A stretch of DNA of 64,000 bases, taken from contig OZ244732.1 of assembly GCA_965219345.1 (NCBI GenBank), forward strand, positions 704,001 to 768,000, given 5' to 3'. Shown here one piece after another: positions 50,976-61,019 of this stretch. Every line of letters starts with the position of its first letter. Position 1 is the first letter of the stretch. Source of the stretch: Nitrosopumilus sp. GTDB taxonomy: Archaea > Thermoproteota > Nitrososphaeria > Nitrososphaerales > Nitrosopumilaceae. A model generated the notes under the pieces. The model made no database searches and was not told the DNA's origin. It saw nothing but the letters and a program-made list of their open reading frames with translations. The translations under genes and the position numbers were made by a program.

Positions 50976-51984
50976 ACTTTTGATGTATATTTTCAGATAA
51001 AAGGCTAGGAAATAACTAAGAAATACACAAGATTTGATGCAAATCTCCCTCCATTTCAGAGTTAAAACATACAAAGTATCATAGAATTATACTGAAAATT
51101 CTATGAAATAATCATGTGAAAAATAAGAAAATTATTTTTCTAACACTGTATTAATTTGTTTGAATAATTCTTCAAATTTTTTACAGGTATTATCAGAAAT
51201 TTTCTTTTCCGAGGATTGTTTAGCAATCCAATCAATTATGACATTACCTACTTTCCATTTTTCTAGATTATCATATCCTTGTCGTTTAAACAAGGCCTCA
51301 ACTCTATTTACAATGGGAATAATTTTTTCTTCATCACTATTGAATTCAATTTTGTATTTGGGATATGCACTTTTTACGGCCTCTATGTAAAGTGAATCTT
51401 CAAAAAAATCTTCAATCTCAGATTTTTCTTTTCCAGTAAAATTATCAACAATTAGACTATTTACCAATAGTTTTTCTTTTAGTGTTTTCTCTTTTTGTAA
51501 TCCTGGTTGATCTCCATCCAACAAAACAGTAATTTTGATATCATTTCCAACAAGCATACTTGCCAAAGGCATCAAATGACTAGTACCACCAGCAGGAGAA
51601 ATTACAATATCTTCATGTATAGTTGACATTTTTTGTCGGGAAAGTAATTCATTTATTGCTTTGAGAAATAAATAATCAGTTAGTCCCTCAACCACAAGCT
51701 GAAATTTTGAATAGAATAATGTTTGTGCAAGAGAATATCCTAATCCAGCCTGTAATGGAAATAAAGAGTCTCGGTCTTTAGACCAAACATCGTCAGAAAC
51801 TTTGATAACTCCAAAATTAGATTCATCCTCATATACAATTTTGACATTTTCTAGATGATCCCCATCAATCATGAATGGAGAATGAGTTGTGTAAAGAAGT
51901 TGATTTTCATTGGATATTCTATTTAGAAACTCAACTGTTTTCTGTTGTGCAGTTCCATGAAACTGCATACCAGGTTCATCCAAT

Positions 51985-53028
51985 TGTAATATACCGAAAT
52001 CATTTCGCCTGGTCATTTATGTCCTCCCCCATCCATTTCGGGTGGGTTTTCCTGATCGCGTCAGTGGCCTTTTTGTCCGAGAACGCCCTCAGCGGCGTCT
52101 GGTGGTTGTGGATGTCAAGGGAGAAGTGCAGCCTTCTCTCGTTGTAGTATTCCATGTACGCAGACAGGCTCTCGTAGTGAAATATCTCGTCCTCTATGCT
52201 GCGGTGGAACCTCTCAAGCTTCCCGTTTGTCTGGGGATGGTACGGCCTGGAGTTTATCAGCTCGATGCCGCAGTCGAGCAGCTCTGCCTCAAAGGCAGTG
52301 GCCTTCCACGTCTTCTTTGGCGTCTTTCTGCCTCCGCGTCCCACAAAGCACGAGCCGTTATCAGATAGTATGGCCGCAGGCGTGCCAAATCTCCTGATTG
52401 CCTTTCTGAGTACCGTTACTGCGTTCTCGGATGTGGCCTGCGTGAAGACCTGCGAGGCCACGACGCACCTTGAGGCGTCATCAAGATACGTGACTAGCTG
52501 GAGCCCCCTGAATCGGGGATCCTTCATCTCGTGCCAGTCCACATGCCACATGGCGTTGGAATACCTGCGCTCGTAGCGCACCCACTTTCGCCTCCGTGAC
52601 CCTGCATCGGAGTGGACCACCATGCCGTTCTCCTTCATTATCCGGTATACGCGCCTGTAGCTTATATTGTGACTTGCCTGCAGGTCGAGGGTCGTGCGTA
52701 CGACCCCTACTTTCTGTCCGGCGTATGCGTCCAGAACCGCCCGTGTCTCGCCTGGCGTAGGCAGTACCTGCCTTCTTCCCGGACTGCGCTGTACGTGGTG
52801 CACGCCAGTCCTGCGAAACTCCGCCCACAGCTGCTGGATGCGCCTCTGCGTCACCTTGAGCTCAGCTGCAATGTCTGCAGTGGGCCTCCCCTTCTGGCAC
52901 CGGGATATGGCGTACCGGATCTGCCTTTCCGTAAGCTTGATCTTCATCCGTTTTGCTGATCGGTACAGCCTAAGGTAATCCTTTGCAAGCCTCCTAAAAG
53001 TGAGGCGAAATGATTTCGGTACAATACA
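51985..53028 (-). mobile_element. IS481-family insertion sequence
   Basis: TGT...ACA ends, 26-bp TIRs (24/26), 15-bp TSD CCAGGTTCATCCAAT at 51970-51984 and 53029-53043; visibly GC-rich. Confidence 0.92.
52000..52947 (-). CDS. IS481 family transposase (rve integrase core)
   Basis: MWHVDW, LDDASR, LSDNGSCF, PQTNGKLERFH, YNERRLH. Confidence 0.92.
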   Translation of the reverse strand: MKIKLTERQIRYAISRCQKGRPTADIAAELKVTQRRIQQLWAEFRRTGVHHVQRSPGRRQVLPTPGETRAVLDAYAGQKVGVVRTTLDLQASHNISYRRVYRIMKENGMVVHSDAGSRRRKWVRYERRYSNAMWHVDWHEMKDPRFRGLQLVTYLDDASRCVVASQVFTQATSENAVTVLRKAIRRFGTPAAILSDNGSCFVGRGGRKTPKKTWKATAFEAELLDCGIELINSRPYHPQTNGKLERFHRSIEDEIFHYESLSAYMEYYNERRLHFSLDIHNHQTPLRAFSDKKATDAIRKTHPKWMGEDINDQAK

Positions 53029-53180
53029 CCAGGTTCATCCAATAACAAAATAGAATTTGCATGTTCTCCTTTGGCTTCAACCAAGAATATCAAATAAAAC
53101 GAAAAGAAATATTGCATACCTGCACTTCGTTGATCGAGCTCAATTTCACTCGGATCTAAATCATCAGAAACCCATACTCT

Positions 53181-53308
53181 GGTTCTGGAAGATTCTGATG
53201 ATCTGATGAAATATGGGATTATTTTATGCCTGAATTAATTGAAAATATCACATTATGAACCCTGCTGTTAAAATTTGGTGATCTTGATCACTATTTTTTA
53301 CCAGAACC
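53181..53308 (-). mobile_element. 128-bp IS6-type MITE, copy 2 (inverted)
   Basis: exact reverse complement of 40928-41055. Confidence 0.9.
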
Positions 53309-53380
53309 ATAATGCCTAATATTTTATGCATAAAACCAATGCATTGAATCTATAATAGATGCAAAACCCAATTAATAACC

Positions 53381-55144
53381 GTGAATTCAAGCCTAGAAAA
53401 TTCCATCTATTCTTTGAATTCTGTAGCAATGGGAGACAAAAAAGCCGATCTTGTTTTAAAAAATTGTAATTTGTTGTCAGTCTATACCAAAGAAATCATT
53501 CCAAAAACTCAGATTGCAATAATTAATGATAGGATTGCATATGTTGGTCCAAATGCAGCACATACACTAGGTCCAAAAACAATAGTCATTGATGTAGAGA
53601 ACAAATACGCAAGTCCAGGCTTTGCAGATCCTCATTTACATATTGACCAATTTGTATTGCCGTCTGAATTTGGAAAAAAGGCACTTCTATGCGGCGTAAC
53701 TTCTCTTTTTTCTGATCCAATTGATATTGTTAGTGTTACAGGTTACAAAGGTTTTCAAGAGTTTCTCAAACTTGGAGAAGACTTACCAATAAGAATTTTC
53801 CAAGTAGTTCCTGGAGGCCTTCCTGTTGATGAAAAATTTAGTAACAGTAAAACTCTCTCATTATCGCAAGAAAAATCTGCGGTAAAACATCCTCATGTTC
53901 TTGGCTTGGGAGAAGTTTTTTCATGGACTAAAGTTACTCAGCGTGAACCTAAAACAATGAAATCACTTTCAACAATGTTGGAGTGCGATTGCATAATTAA
54001 CGGACATACTGCAGGCATAAGTGAAAAAAAACTCAACGCTTACGTTTCATCGGGGATACTCTCTTGCCACGAACCAATTAATTTTGATCAAGTATTGGAT
54101 AGATTGCGTCTTGGAATGTGGGTAATGATTAGAGAGGGTTCTATAAGACGTGATTTGAAGGAAATCATCCCTCATATTTTGTCTCACGGAACATACCTCA
54201 ATCGTTTAATGTTTTGTTCTGATGGCCTTGATCCATTAGATGTTACAAAATTTGGTCACATTGATCACTGCATCAGAGAATCAATCAAACTTGGTCTGCA
54301 ACCATTGGATGCAATTACTATGGCGTCCAAGAATAATTTTGACTATTACAATATGGGAAAAGATCTTGGTGGGATTGCACCTGGAAAATTAGCAGATATT
54401 CTTATTTTCAATGATTTGAAATCATTCAAACCAACTAAAGTCTTTGTGGGAGGAAAACTTGTAGTCTCACACGGAAGTGTCGTGTCTCATTTCAAGAAAA
54501 AAGTAATACCACCTTGGATTAAAAAAACTGTTAAACTAAAAAAGTTCTCAGAAAATGATTTTCTTGTAAAATCAAAAAAGAAAGATGTTCTTGCAAACAC
54601 CATCTATATGCAAACTGAAATCATTACCAAGATTGGTTCGACTGAACTACGTGCAAAAGATGGCCATGTCTCTGCCTCGTTTGATGCTGATATATGGAAA
54701 GTTGCAGCATTTGATAGAACTCATGGAACAAATCGACATTCCATTGGGTTTCTCGAAAACTTTGGGGCTGATATTGGCGCCTTTGCTTCTACTTGGAGTT
54801 TTCATGAAAATGATCTGATAGTACTAGGTTCTGATGATTCTGATATGGCAATTGCTTCTAATCATATTATCAAGAATCAGGGAGGACTTGTTGTAGTCAA
54901 GTCTGGCAAAATTTTAGCTTCTTTACCTTTACAATTTGGAGGAATTGTTTCAACAGATTCTTTTGAAAAGGTTTCATCAAATTTTCAAGACATCATTAGC
55001 TCTGTTGTAGATTCAGGATGTAAATTTACTAGACCTCATCTTATTCCTTTGTTCCTACCTTTCTTGGCTTTACCATCTGTTAGAATTCTCTCAGGTGGAA
55101 TTGTTGATGTGAAAAAACGAAGTTATATCGAGCCGATCAACTAA
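53381..55144 (+). CDS. ade: adenine deaminase
   Basis: PGFADPHLH, GLGEV, NGH, CHE, REGS, FCSDG, IAPGKLAD. Confidence 0.88.
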   Translation: MNSSLENSIYSLNSVAMGDKKADLVLKNCNLLSVYTKEIIPKTQIAIINDRIAYVGPNAAHTLGPKTIVIDVENKYASPGFADPHLHIDQFVLPSEFGKKALLCGVTSLFSDPIDIVSVTGYKGFQEFLKLGEDLPIRIFQVVPGGLPVDEKFSNSKTLSLSQEKSAVKHPHVLGLGEVFSWTKVTQREPKTMKSLSTMLECDCIINGHTAGISEKKLNAYVSSGILSCHEPINFDQVLDRLRLGMWVMIREGSIRRDLKEIIPHILSHGTYLNRLMFCSDGLDPLDVTKFGHIDHCIRESIKLGLQPLDAITMASKNNFDYYNMGKDLGGIAPGKLADILIFNDLKSFKPTKVFVGGKLVVSHGSVVSHFKKKVIPPWIKKTVKLKKFSENDFLVKSKKKDVLANTIYMQTEIITKIGSTELRAKDGHVSASFDADIWKVAAFDRTHGTNRHSIGFLENFGADIGAFASTWSFHENDLIVLGSDDSDMAIASNHIIKNQGGLVVVKSGKILASLPLQFGGIVSTDSFEKVSSNFQDIISSVVDSGCKFTRPHLIPLFLPFLALPSVRILSGGIVDVKKRSYIEPIN

Positions 55145-55187
55145 GTAATGTTAAAAAGGGGGATTCATGGGACTGATGCTGAATCCA

Positions 55188-56816
55188 ATGGCATCAATTC
55201 AACAAGGACCAAATGGACCTGTTTTAGTTCTCAAAGAGAGCGCATTACAGCAAAAAGGTAAAGATGCTCAACAAAATAATATTGCTGCAGCAAAACTAGT
55301 TGCAGAGTTAGTCAGAAGCAGTCTTGGACCGCGAGGTCTTGATAAGATGCTAGTTGATTCTTTAGGTGATGTGACTATCACGAATGATGGCGCTACAATT
55401 CTAAAAGAAATTGACGTTCAGCACCCAGCAGCCAAAATGATGGTTGAAATCGCCAAAACAGTAGATAACGAAGTGGGTGACGGTACAACTTCTTCTGTTA
55501 TTTTTGGAGGAGCGTTATTAGCAAAAGCAGAGGAATTGCTCAAAAAAGAGGTCCATTCTTCAACCATTGTTGAGGGTTATCAGACAGCTGCTGAAAAAAC
55601 TCTTGAAATTTACTCACAATTGTCAAAAAAAGTTCAACCTGGTGATAAAGAATCTCTTCTCAAAATTGCGACAACTAGTATGCAATCGAAATTAATTTCT
55701 GAAGACAGTGGAATTCTATCAAAAATTGTGGTTGATGCAATTCTTAGTATTGCGACCAAAAAAGGTGATAACCATACTGTTGATCTTGAAAATATTAAAG
55801 TTGAAAAGAAAGCAGGAAGTTCAATTCAAGACACGCAAATTGTGAAGGGTATTGTTTTAGATAAAGAAATTGTTCATAGTGGAATGCCTACAAGAATTGA
55901 AAAAGCAAGAATTGCATTAATAAATTCAGCACTAGAAATTGAAAAAACTGAAATGAGTTCTGAAATTAGAATTACTGATCCAACTCAAATGCAAATGTTC
56001 TTGGAAGAAGAGAATCGAATGCTAAAGACTATGGTTGACAAATTACATGACGTTGGTGTTAATGTCTTGATTTGTCAAAAAGGAATAGATGATATCTCAC
56101 AACACTATCTTGCAAAACATGGTATTATGGCAGTTCGTCGTGTCAAAGAAAGTGATATGACTAAACTTTCTAAAGCTACAGGTGGACGTGTAATCAATAA
56201 TCTAGATGATCTTTCAGAGAAAGACCTTGGTTCTGCTAATCTGGTTCATCAAAAGAAAGTTGAATCTGACAAATGGGTGTTCATTGAGGGATGCAAACAT
56301 CCACAATCAGTCACTTTGCTAATCCGTGGTGGTTCTCAAAGAGTGATTGATGAAGTCGATCGTTCAATTCATGATGCTCTAATGGTAGTAAAAGACGTAA
56401 TTGAAAAGCCTGAAATTGTTGCAGGTGGAGGTGCACCTGAGTCATTTGCAGCCTCACAACTCAAGGATTGGGCTGACAATTTTGATGGAAGAGAACAACT
56501 TGCAATCAAAAAATATGCTGAAGCATTAGAAACAATTCCGTTAACTATTGCTGAAAATGCAGGAATGGATCCAATTGACACAATGGCTAATCTCAGAGCA
56601 AAACAAAACCAAGGTCGTAAATGGACTGGTATTGATGCTAGAAACACAAAGATCGCTGATATGTTAGCGATTGATGTTGTAGAACCAATTGCAGTAAAAG
56701 AACAGATTATCAAATCTGCAACAGAAGCAGCATGTATGATTCTCAGAATAGATGATGTAATTGCTATTTCTGGAGGTCCGGGTGGCGGCGGTGGCGGTAT
56801 GCCCCCAATGGGATAA
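55188..56816 (+). CDS. ths: thermosome subunit (group II chaperonin)
   Basis: [33 protein letters not shown] tail. Confidence 0.95.
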   Translation: MASIQQGPNGPVLVLKESALQQKGKDAQQNNIAAAKLVAELVRSSLGPRGLDKMLVDSLGDVTITNDGATILKEIDVQHPAAKMMVEIAKTVDNEVGDGTTSSVIFGGALLAKAEELLKKEVHSSTIVEGYQTAAEKTLEIYSQLSKKVQPGDKESLLKIATTSMQSKLISEDSGILSKIVVDAILSIATKKGDNHTVDLENIKVEKKAGSSIQDTQIVKGIVLDKEIVHSGMPTRIEKARIALINSALEIEKTEMSSEIRITDPTQMQMFLEEENRMLKTMVDKLHDVGVNVLICQKGIDDISQHYLAKHGIMAVRRVKESDMTKLSKATGGRVINNLDDLSEKDLGSANLVHQKKVESDKWVFIEGCKHPQSVTLLIRGGSQRVIDEVDRSIHDALMVVKDVIEKPEIVAGGGAPESFAASQLKDWADNFDGREQLAIKKYAEALETIPLTIAENAGMDPIDTMANLRAKQNQGRKWTGIDARNTKIADMLAIDVVEPIAVKEQIIKSATEAACMILRIDDVIAISGGPGGGGGGMPPMG

Positions 56817-56856
56817 GTTTTAGTTAAAACTTAAGCCTCATAATTTTCATAAATTA

Positions 56857-57726
56857 TTGTTGTACAAAATTGGTGTTGATTTAGGTGGCACTAAAACAGA
56901 GGCTATCCTACTTGATGAAAATCTAAATGTTTTAGAGAGAAAAAGGATTTCAACTGCACAAAATGATTATAAAGAAATTATCAATGATATCTCATCCTTG
57001 GTCTTAGAAATATCTGTAAATATTTCTGATTTTTCTTTGGGTGTTTGTACACCCGGTGCAATTTCTAAACAAACTGGATTAATTAAAAATAGTAACACAC
57101 AATGTTTGATTGGAAAATCACTCAAAGAAGATTTAGCAAATAAACTAGGAAAAAAAATATCGATAGAAAACGATGCTAATTGCTTTGCAATGGCCGAAGC
57201 TAAAATGGGTGTTGCAAATGGATTTGGTGTAGTCTTTGGAGTGATTATGGGAACTGGTGTTGGTGGCGGGATTGTAATTGATGGAAAACTTCATCCTGGC
57301 AGAACTAATATTGGAGGAGAATGGGGACATCATGCCTTACACCGCAATGGAAATTCTTGTTATTGTGGTAAAAATGGATGCGTAGAGACCTACATCAGTG
57401 GCCCTTCATTGGAAAAACAATGGACACAACTAACTGGAAAAACCCAGACTCTTCCTGAAATCCTTTCTAACATTGATAGTGAGATTGGTCAAAAATGGAA
57501 AGATGAATTTTTAGAAAACTTTGGATATGGTCTTGCAAATGTCATAGACATCTTAGATCCTGATGTAATAGTTTTGGGTGGTGGTTTGTCGAATATTGAT
57601 TTTTTGTATACTGAAGGAAAAAAATCAGTTTACAACAAAGTCTTTTCAGATTCAGTTGATACTCCAATCCTGAAAAACAAATTGGGTGATTCTGCAGGAG
57701 TATTTGGTGCAGCACTTCTTACTTAG
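56857..57726 (+). CDS. ROK family sugar kinase
   Basis: GVDLGGTK, ENDANC, GTGVGGG, GEWGH, CYCGKNGCVE. Confidence 0.9.
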   Translation: MLYKIGVDLGGTKTEAILLDENLNVLERKRISTAQNDYKEIINDISSLVLEISVNISDFSLGVCTPGAISKQTGLIKNSNTQCLIGKSLKEDLANKLGKKISIENDANCFAMAEAKMGVANGFGVVFGVIMGTGVGGGIVIDGKLHPGRTNIGGEWGHHALHRNGNSCYCGKNGCVETYISGPSLEKQWTQLTGKTQTLPEILSNIDSEIGQKWKDEFLENFGYGLANVIDILDPDVIVLGGGLSNIDFLYTEGKKSVYNKVFSDSVDTPILKNKLGDSAGVFGAALLT

Positions 57727-57758
57727 TTATTCAGAATATTCTTACTGATCAAAACTAA

Positions 57759-58121
57759 TCAATAGTATTCATTTTTGATTTTCAAAATCTTATCAACGAT
57801 TTCAATTACGTCTGAATCTAATTCTGTGCTAATCAAAATCAATCCAGCTCCTCCAATAGGTACAGTAACCCGATAAATTTTTTCATATTTTGCTAATGCA
57901 AAAATAGGTCTTCCAATTTTTTCTACTGTTTTTTTACGTGTAGACCATCGATAAATTGCTTGAGATAATGACAATTCAGTTTCTTCTTTTGATAAATGAC
58001 TCTTTAATCCAGGTCTCATCTTGTCATAAAGTTCCCCATAATCATATACCCCTACATATCTGATTTTTTTATCACATTCAAGAATTTTATCACAAATTTT
58101 TTTGTATTCCAAATTTATCAC
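57759..58121 (-). CDS. thaumarchaeal conserved hypothetical protein (roadblock/profilin-like)
   Basis: CDKILECDKKIRYVGV..ILISTE pattern. Confidence 0.55.
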   Translation of the reverse strand: MINLEYKKICDKILECDKKIRYVGVYDYGELYDKMRPGLKSHLSKEETELSLSQAIYRWSTRKKTVEKIGRPIFALAKYEKIYRVTVPIGGAGLILISTELDSDVIEIVDKILKIKNEYY

Positions 58122-59644
58122 TACTGTGGCTCAATTGTTGCAGGAGGTTTACTTGAAATGGTATAAGTCACCCATGTGACATCTTCAATTTCATTTGTTA
58201 TTTTATTACTCATTTTTTCTAAAAGACCTTGCGGGAGTCTTGTCCAGTCTGCAGTCATCGCATCTATCGAATCTACGACTCTAATCATTACTATATTTCC
58301 ATATCTTCGTTCATCACCAACAATACCTACTGCTTTGTCATCTCCAACTGCAGCATAAGCTTGCCACACTTTATCATACAAATCCGCCTCCATCAATTCA
58401 TCTTCAACAATTTTACTTGCTACCTTGGCAATATGTAATTTTTTTGGAGTAACCTCCCCAATTATCCTAACAGCTAGTCCCGGACCAGGAAATGGATGTC
58501 TCATGAAAAGTTTCTCTGGAACGTTTAGAATTTTCGCAATCTTTCTTACTTCATCTTTATACAAGTCTCTTAACGGTTCCAAAATTTCCAAATTGAGCCA
58601 ATCTGGTAACCCTCCTACATTGTGATGAGATTTAATTACAGATGCCGGTCCCTTCGAAACTCCGCTTTCAATCACATCAGGATAAAGTGTACCTTGAGCT
58701 AACCATTTGAAAGGACCATCTTTTTCAGAAAATTCAGTAAAAACACGAATAAATTCCTCTCCTACAATCTTTCTTTTTTCCTCAGGATCTTCTATTCCTT
58801 TGAGTTTTCCCAGAAATTCATCAGCTGCATTAACCGCTGTAAAGTTTAACTTGAAATTATCTTTGAACATCTCCTCGATTTCTGTTTCTTCGTTTAGTCG
58901 TAGCAAACCGTTATTTACAAAAACACATTTGAGCTTATCTCCAATTGCTTTGTGAATTAGTAGTGCAGCTACGGTAGAATCTATGCCTCCGCTGACTCCA
59001 CAAAGTACATTTCCTTCTATTTTTGAAATCTTTTCCACAATTGTATCTATGAATCCCTCCATAGTCCAATCTTGTTTGGCACCGCATACTTTCAAAACAA
59101 AATTCTTAAGAATTTCAGTACCTTGTTCTGTATGCACCACTTCCGGATGAAATTGAATTCCATAGATTGATTTTTCCTCTGATGCAATTGCAGCAGCTTT
59201 TGCGCTTTCTGTATGTCCTATCACTTGAAATCCAGGTGGAATTTCTTCTGCCTCATCACCATGACTCATCCATGCTCTGACTGACTCTCCTACATTACTT
59301 AGAAGATCTTTATCGTTATCAATTGTAAGCAAAGACGAACCATATTCTTTGTTTGCTCTTTTTATTTTACCACCATATTTGTTTACGATTAATTGATGTC
59401 CATAACAAATTCCAAGTAGAGGTAAATTCATATCAAAAATTTTATTTTCTGGAACTGGAGCATCTGAATTATAAACACTTGATGGACCACCAGAAAAAAT
59501 TATTCCCTTTGGATTATGTTTTTGTAATTCTTCATAACTGATATCAAAAGGAACAAGTTCTGCATAAACCGAAAATTCTCTAATTCTTCTACAGATCAAA
59601 TGACTGTACTGCGACCCAAAATCTAAAACTACAATTTTGTCCAT
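58121..59644 (-). CDS. guaA: GMP synthase (glutamine-hydrolysing)
   Basis: LDFGSQY, GICYG, QFHPEV, SGGIDS, IKSHHNV, HPFPGPG, KPPATIE. Confidence 0.95.
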   Translation of the reverse strand: MDKIVVLDFGSQYSHLICRRIREFSVYAELVPFDISYEELQKHNPKGIIFSGGPSSVYNSDAPVPENKIFDMNLPLLGICYGHQLIVNKYGGKIKRANKEYGSSLLTIDNDKDLLSNVGESVRAWMSHGDEAEEIPPGFQVIGHTESAKAAAIASEEKSIYGIQFHPEVVHTEQGTEILKNFVLKVCGAKQDWTMEGFIDTIVEKISKIEGNVLCGVSGGIDSTVAALLIHKAIGDKLKCVFVNNGLLRLNEETEIEEMFKDNFKLNFTAVNAADEFLGKLKGIEDPEEKRKIVGEEFIRVFTEFSEKDGPFKWLAQGTLYPDVIESGVSKGPASVIKSHHNVGGLPDWLNLEILEPLRDLYKDEVRKIAKILNVPEKLFMRHPFPGPGLAVRIIGEVTPKKLHIAKVASKIVEDELMEADLYDKVWQAYAAVGDDKAVGIVGDERRYGNIVMIRVVDSIDAMTADWTRLPQGLLEKMSNKITNEIEDVTWVTYTISSKPPATIEPQ

Positions 59645-59648
59645 GTTA

Positions 59649-60224
59649 TCACTTGTTGGTATTTTCAAGCATTCGCGTTAATGACCATCCTGCTGTATTG
59701 ATTAGCTTATTTACTCTTTCTTTTTGTCTGTAGTTTTTGATAATAATTTCTCTTATCTCTGTTCCATTTTTGTTTATAATGTAATTAATAATTGATTCTT
59801 TTTGGATTTTTCCATTTTCTGCTTCCACAACATCCTTCTTTTTCATTTCTCCAATAATTCTATCTAAAAAGAATGATTTGAAGGGTGGGGTATCATCACT
59901 AATCTCAATCTCATCATCTAAAACTATGGAAACTTGTTCTGGTGTGACGAATGCATTGGCAATTACTTTACCATCACTTGCTCTTTTAATTGGAATTGAA
60001 TTATCTGCAGGTTTTTCTCTAATCTCTATTTTGTTTTGAATTTCCACTTTTTTTGTGGTTTCTAACTCTGAGGCTTTTGTAAAACTAGAATCCTTTAAGA
60101 ATAAATCCAAAATCATGATATTTTTTTCTAACATTTCTATGGATTCTTGGTGTTTGTCAATTTGCTCGATCAAACTTTCCTTCAAAGTAACAATGTCTTT
60201 CACTTGCTCCTCTGAGAATCTCAT
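59649..60224 (-). CDS. conserved hypothetical protein
   Basis: 191-aa ORF in operon with guaA. Confidence 0.6.
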   Translation of the reverse strand: MRFSEEQVKDIVTLKESLIEQIDKHQESIEMLEKNIMILDLFLKDSSFTKASELETTKKVEIQNKIEIREKPADNSIPIKRASDGKVIANAFVTPEQVSIVLDDEIEISDDTPPFKSFFLDRIIGEMKKKDVVEAENGKIQKESIINYIINKNGTEIREIIIKNYRQKERVNKLINTAGWSLTRMLENTNK

Positions 60225-60259
60225 AATTTGATAAATGTGGGATGGGTATTAAATGCATT

Positions 60260-61006
60260 CTAGGTGATTATAACATCTACATCTTTGTATGATATTTTTT
60301 TAAACCCATTAATTGGCTTTGATGTGGTAAACAATTCTGATTTTGTAATAGTTGACAGCCATTCTAAAAGTGATTTTCCTTTATTTAATTTCATTAATTT
60401 TATTTTTCTTTCTGATTTTTTTGTATTTGAAAATTTTCCAATCTGATCTCCAAAATCCATTCCAAATAAAATAATTTTTTTTGCACCATAATGATTAGCC
60501 AGAAAAACTCCTCTGTCTCCGTCTGTAAATCCCCCAAAATTTTGTATTTTACTAAAAGGTTTTGATTGAGTCGTTCCGATACAATTTTTGAATTTTTTTG
60601 AAAACTCTAGTTTTTCTATGTTATCTCCATGTGCATGTACTACAAAAATCGATTTTGTTTTTGCAATTTTTTTTAACGTATTTTTATCTCCATCTAAATC
60701 AGTTATGACAATATCTGGAATAATTCCATTCCCTACTAATGGTTTAACTGAACTATCTGCAGCAATTTTTACCGATTTTTTAAAATTTTTTAATTTTGGA
60801 ATAGCAGTTGATAGCGAAGGTCCAGAACCTATCACAAAAACGGTTTTTCCTTTAACTAAATTGAAAATTTTTTCATCAATATCTGATTTTTTTAAAATTG
60901 AATTTAAAAGAATAGCAGACTCGTTATCCTTTTTTTCACTATAGTTGAATTCTTTCAAAATATCTGAATATCTCTTTTTCCAACCTGAAATTATCATATA
61001 ACTCAA
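60260..61006 (-). CDS. mptE: 6-hydroxymethyl-7,8-dihydropterin pyrophosphokinase (MptE/DUF115)
   Basis: GSGPSL, AAD, TDLDG, HAHGDN, GGFTDGDR; divergent from folP. Confidence 0.85.
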   Translation of the reverse strand: MSYMIISGWKKRYSDILKEFNYSEKKDNESAILLNSILKKSDIDEKIFNLVKGKTVFVIGSGPSLSTAIPKLKNFKKSVKIAADSSVKPLVGNGIIPDIVITDLDGDKNTLKKIAKTKSIFVVHAHGDNIEKLEFSKKFKNCIGTTQSKPFSKIQNFGGFTDGDRGVFLANHYGAKKIILFGMDFGDQIGKFSNTKKSERKIKLMKLNKGKSLLEWLSTITKSELFTTSKPINGFKKISYKDVDVIIT

Positions 61007-61019
61007 ATTGCCTTAGTTT

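Larger units (their letters stand above)
51132..53180 (-). pseudogene. OLD-family ATP-dependent nuclease (ABC ATPase + TOPRIM), split by IS481 and 5'-truncated by MITE
   Basis: 53180-53029 encodes LDQRSAG..ILLLDEPG; continues MQFHG..YTTHSPFM, VVEGLTD, LLDGD, EIEDFF. Confidence 0.88.

Noticed and set aside
40928-53350. Casposon or provirus
   Set aside because: No Cas1, PolB, integrase, capsid or packaging genes recognisable; the boundaries are explained by MITEs.
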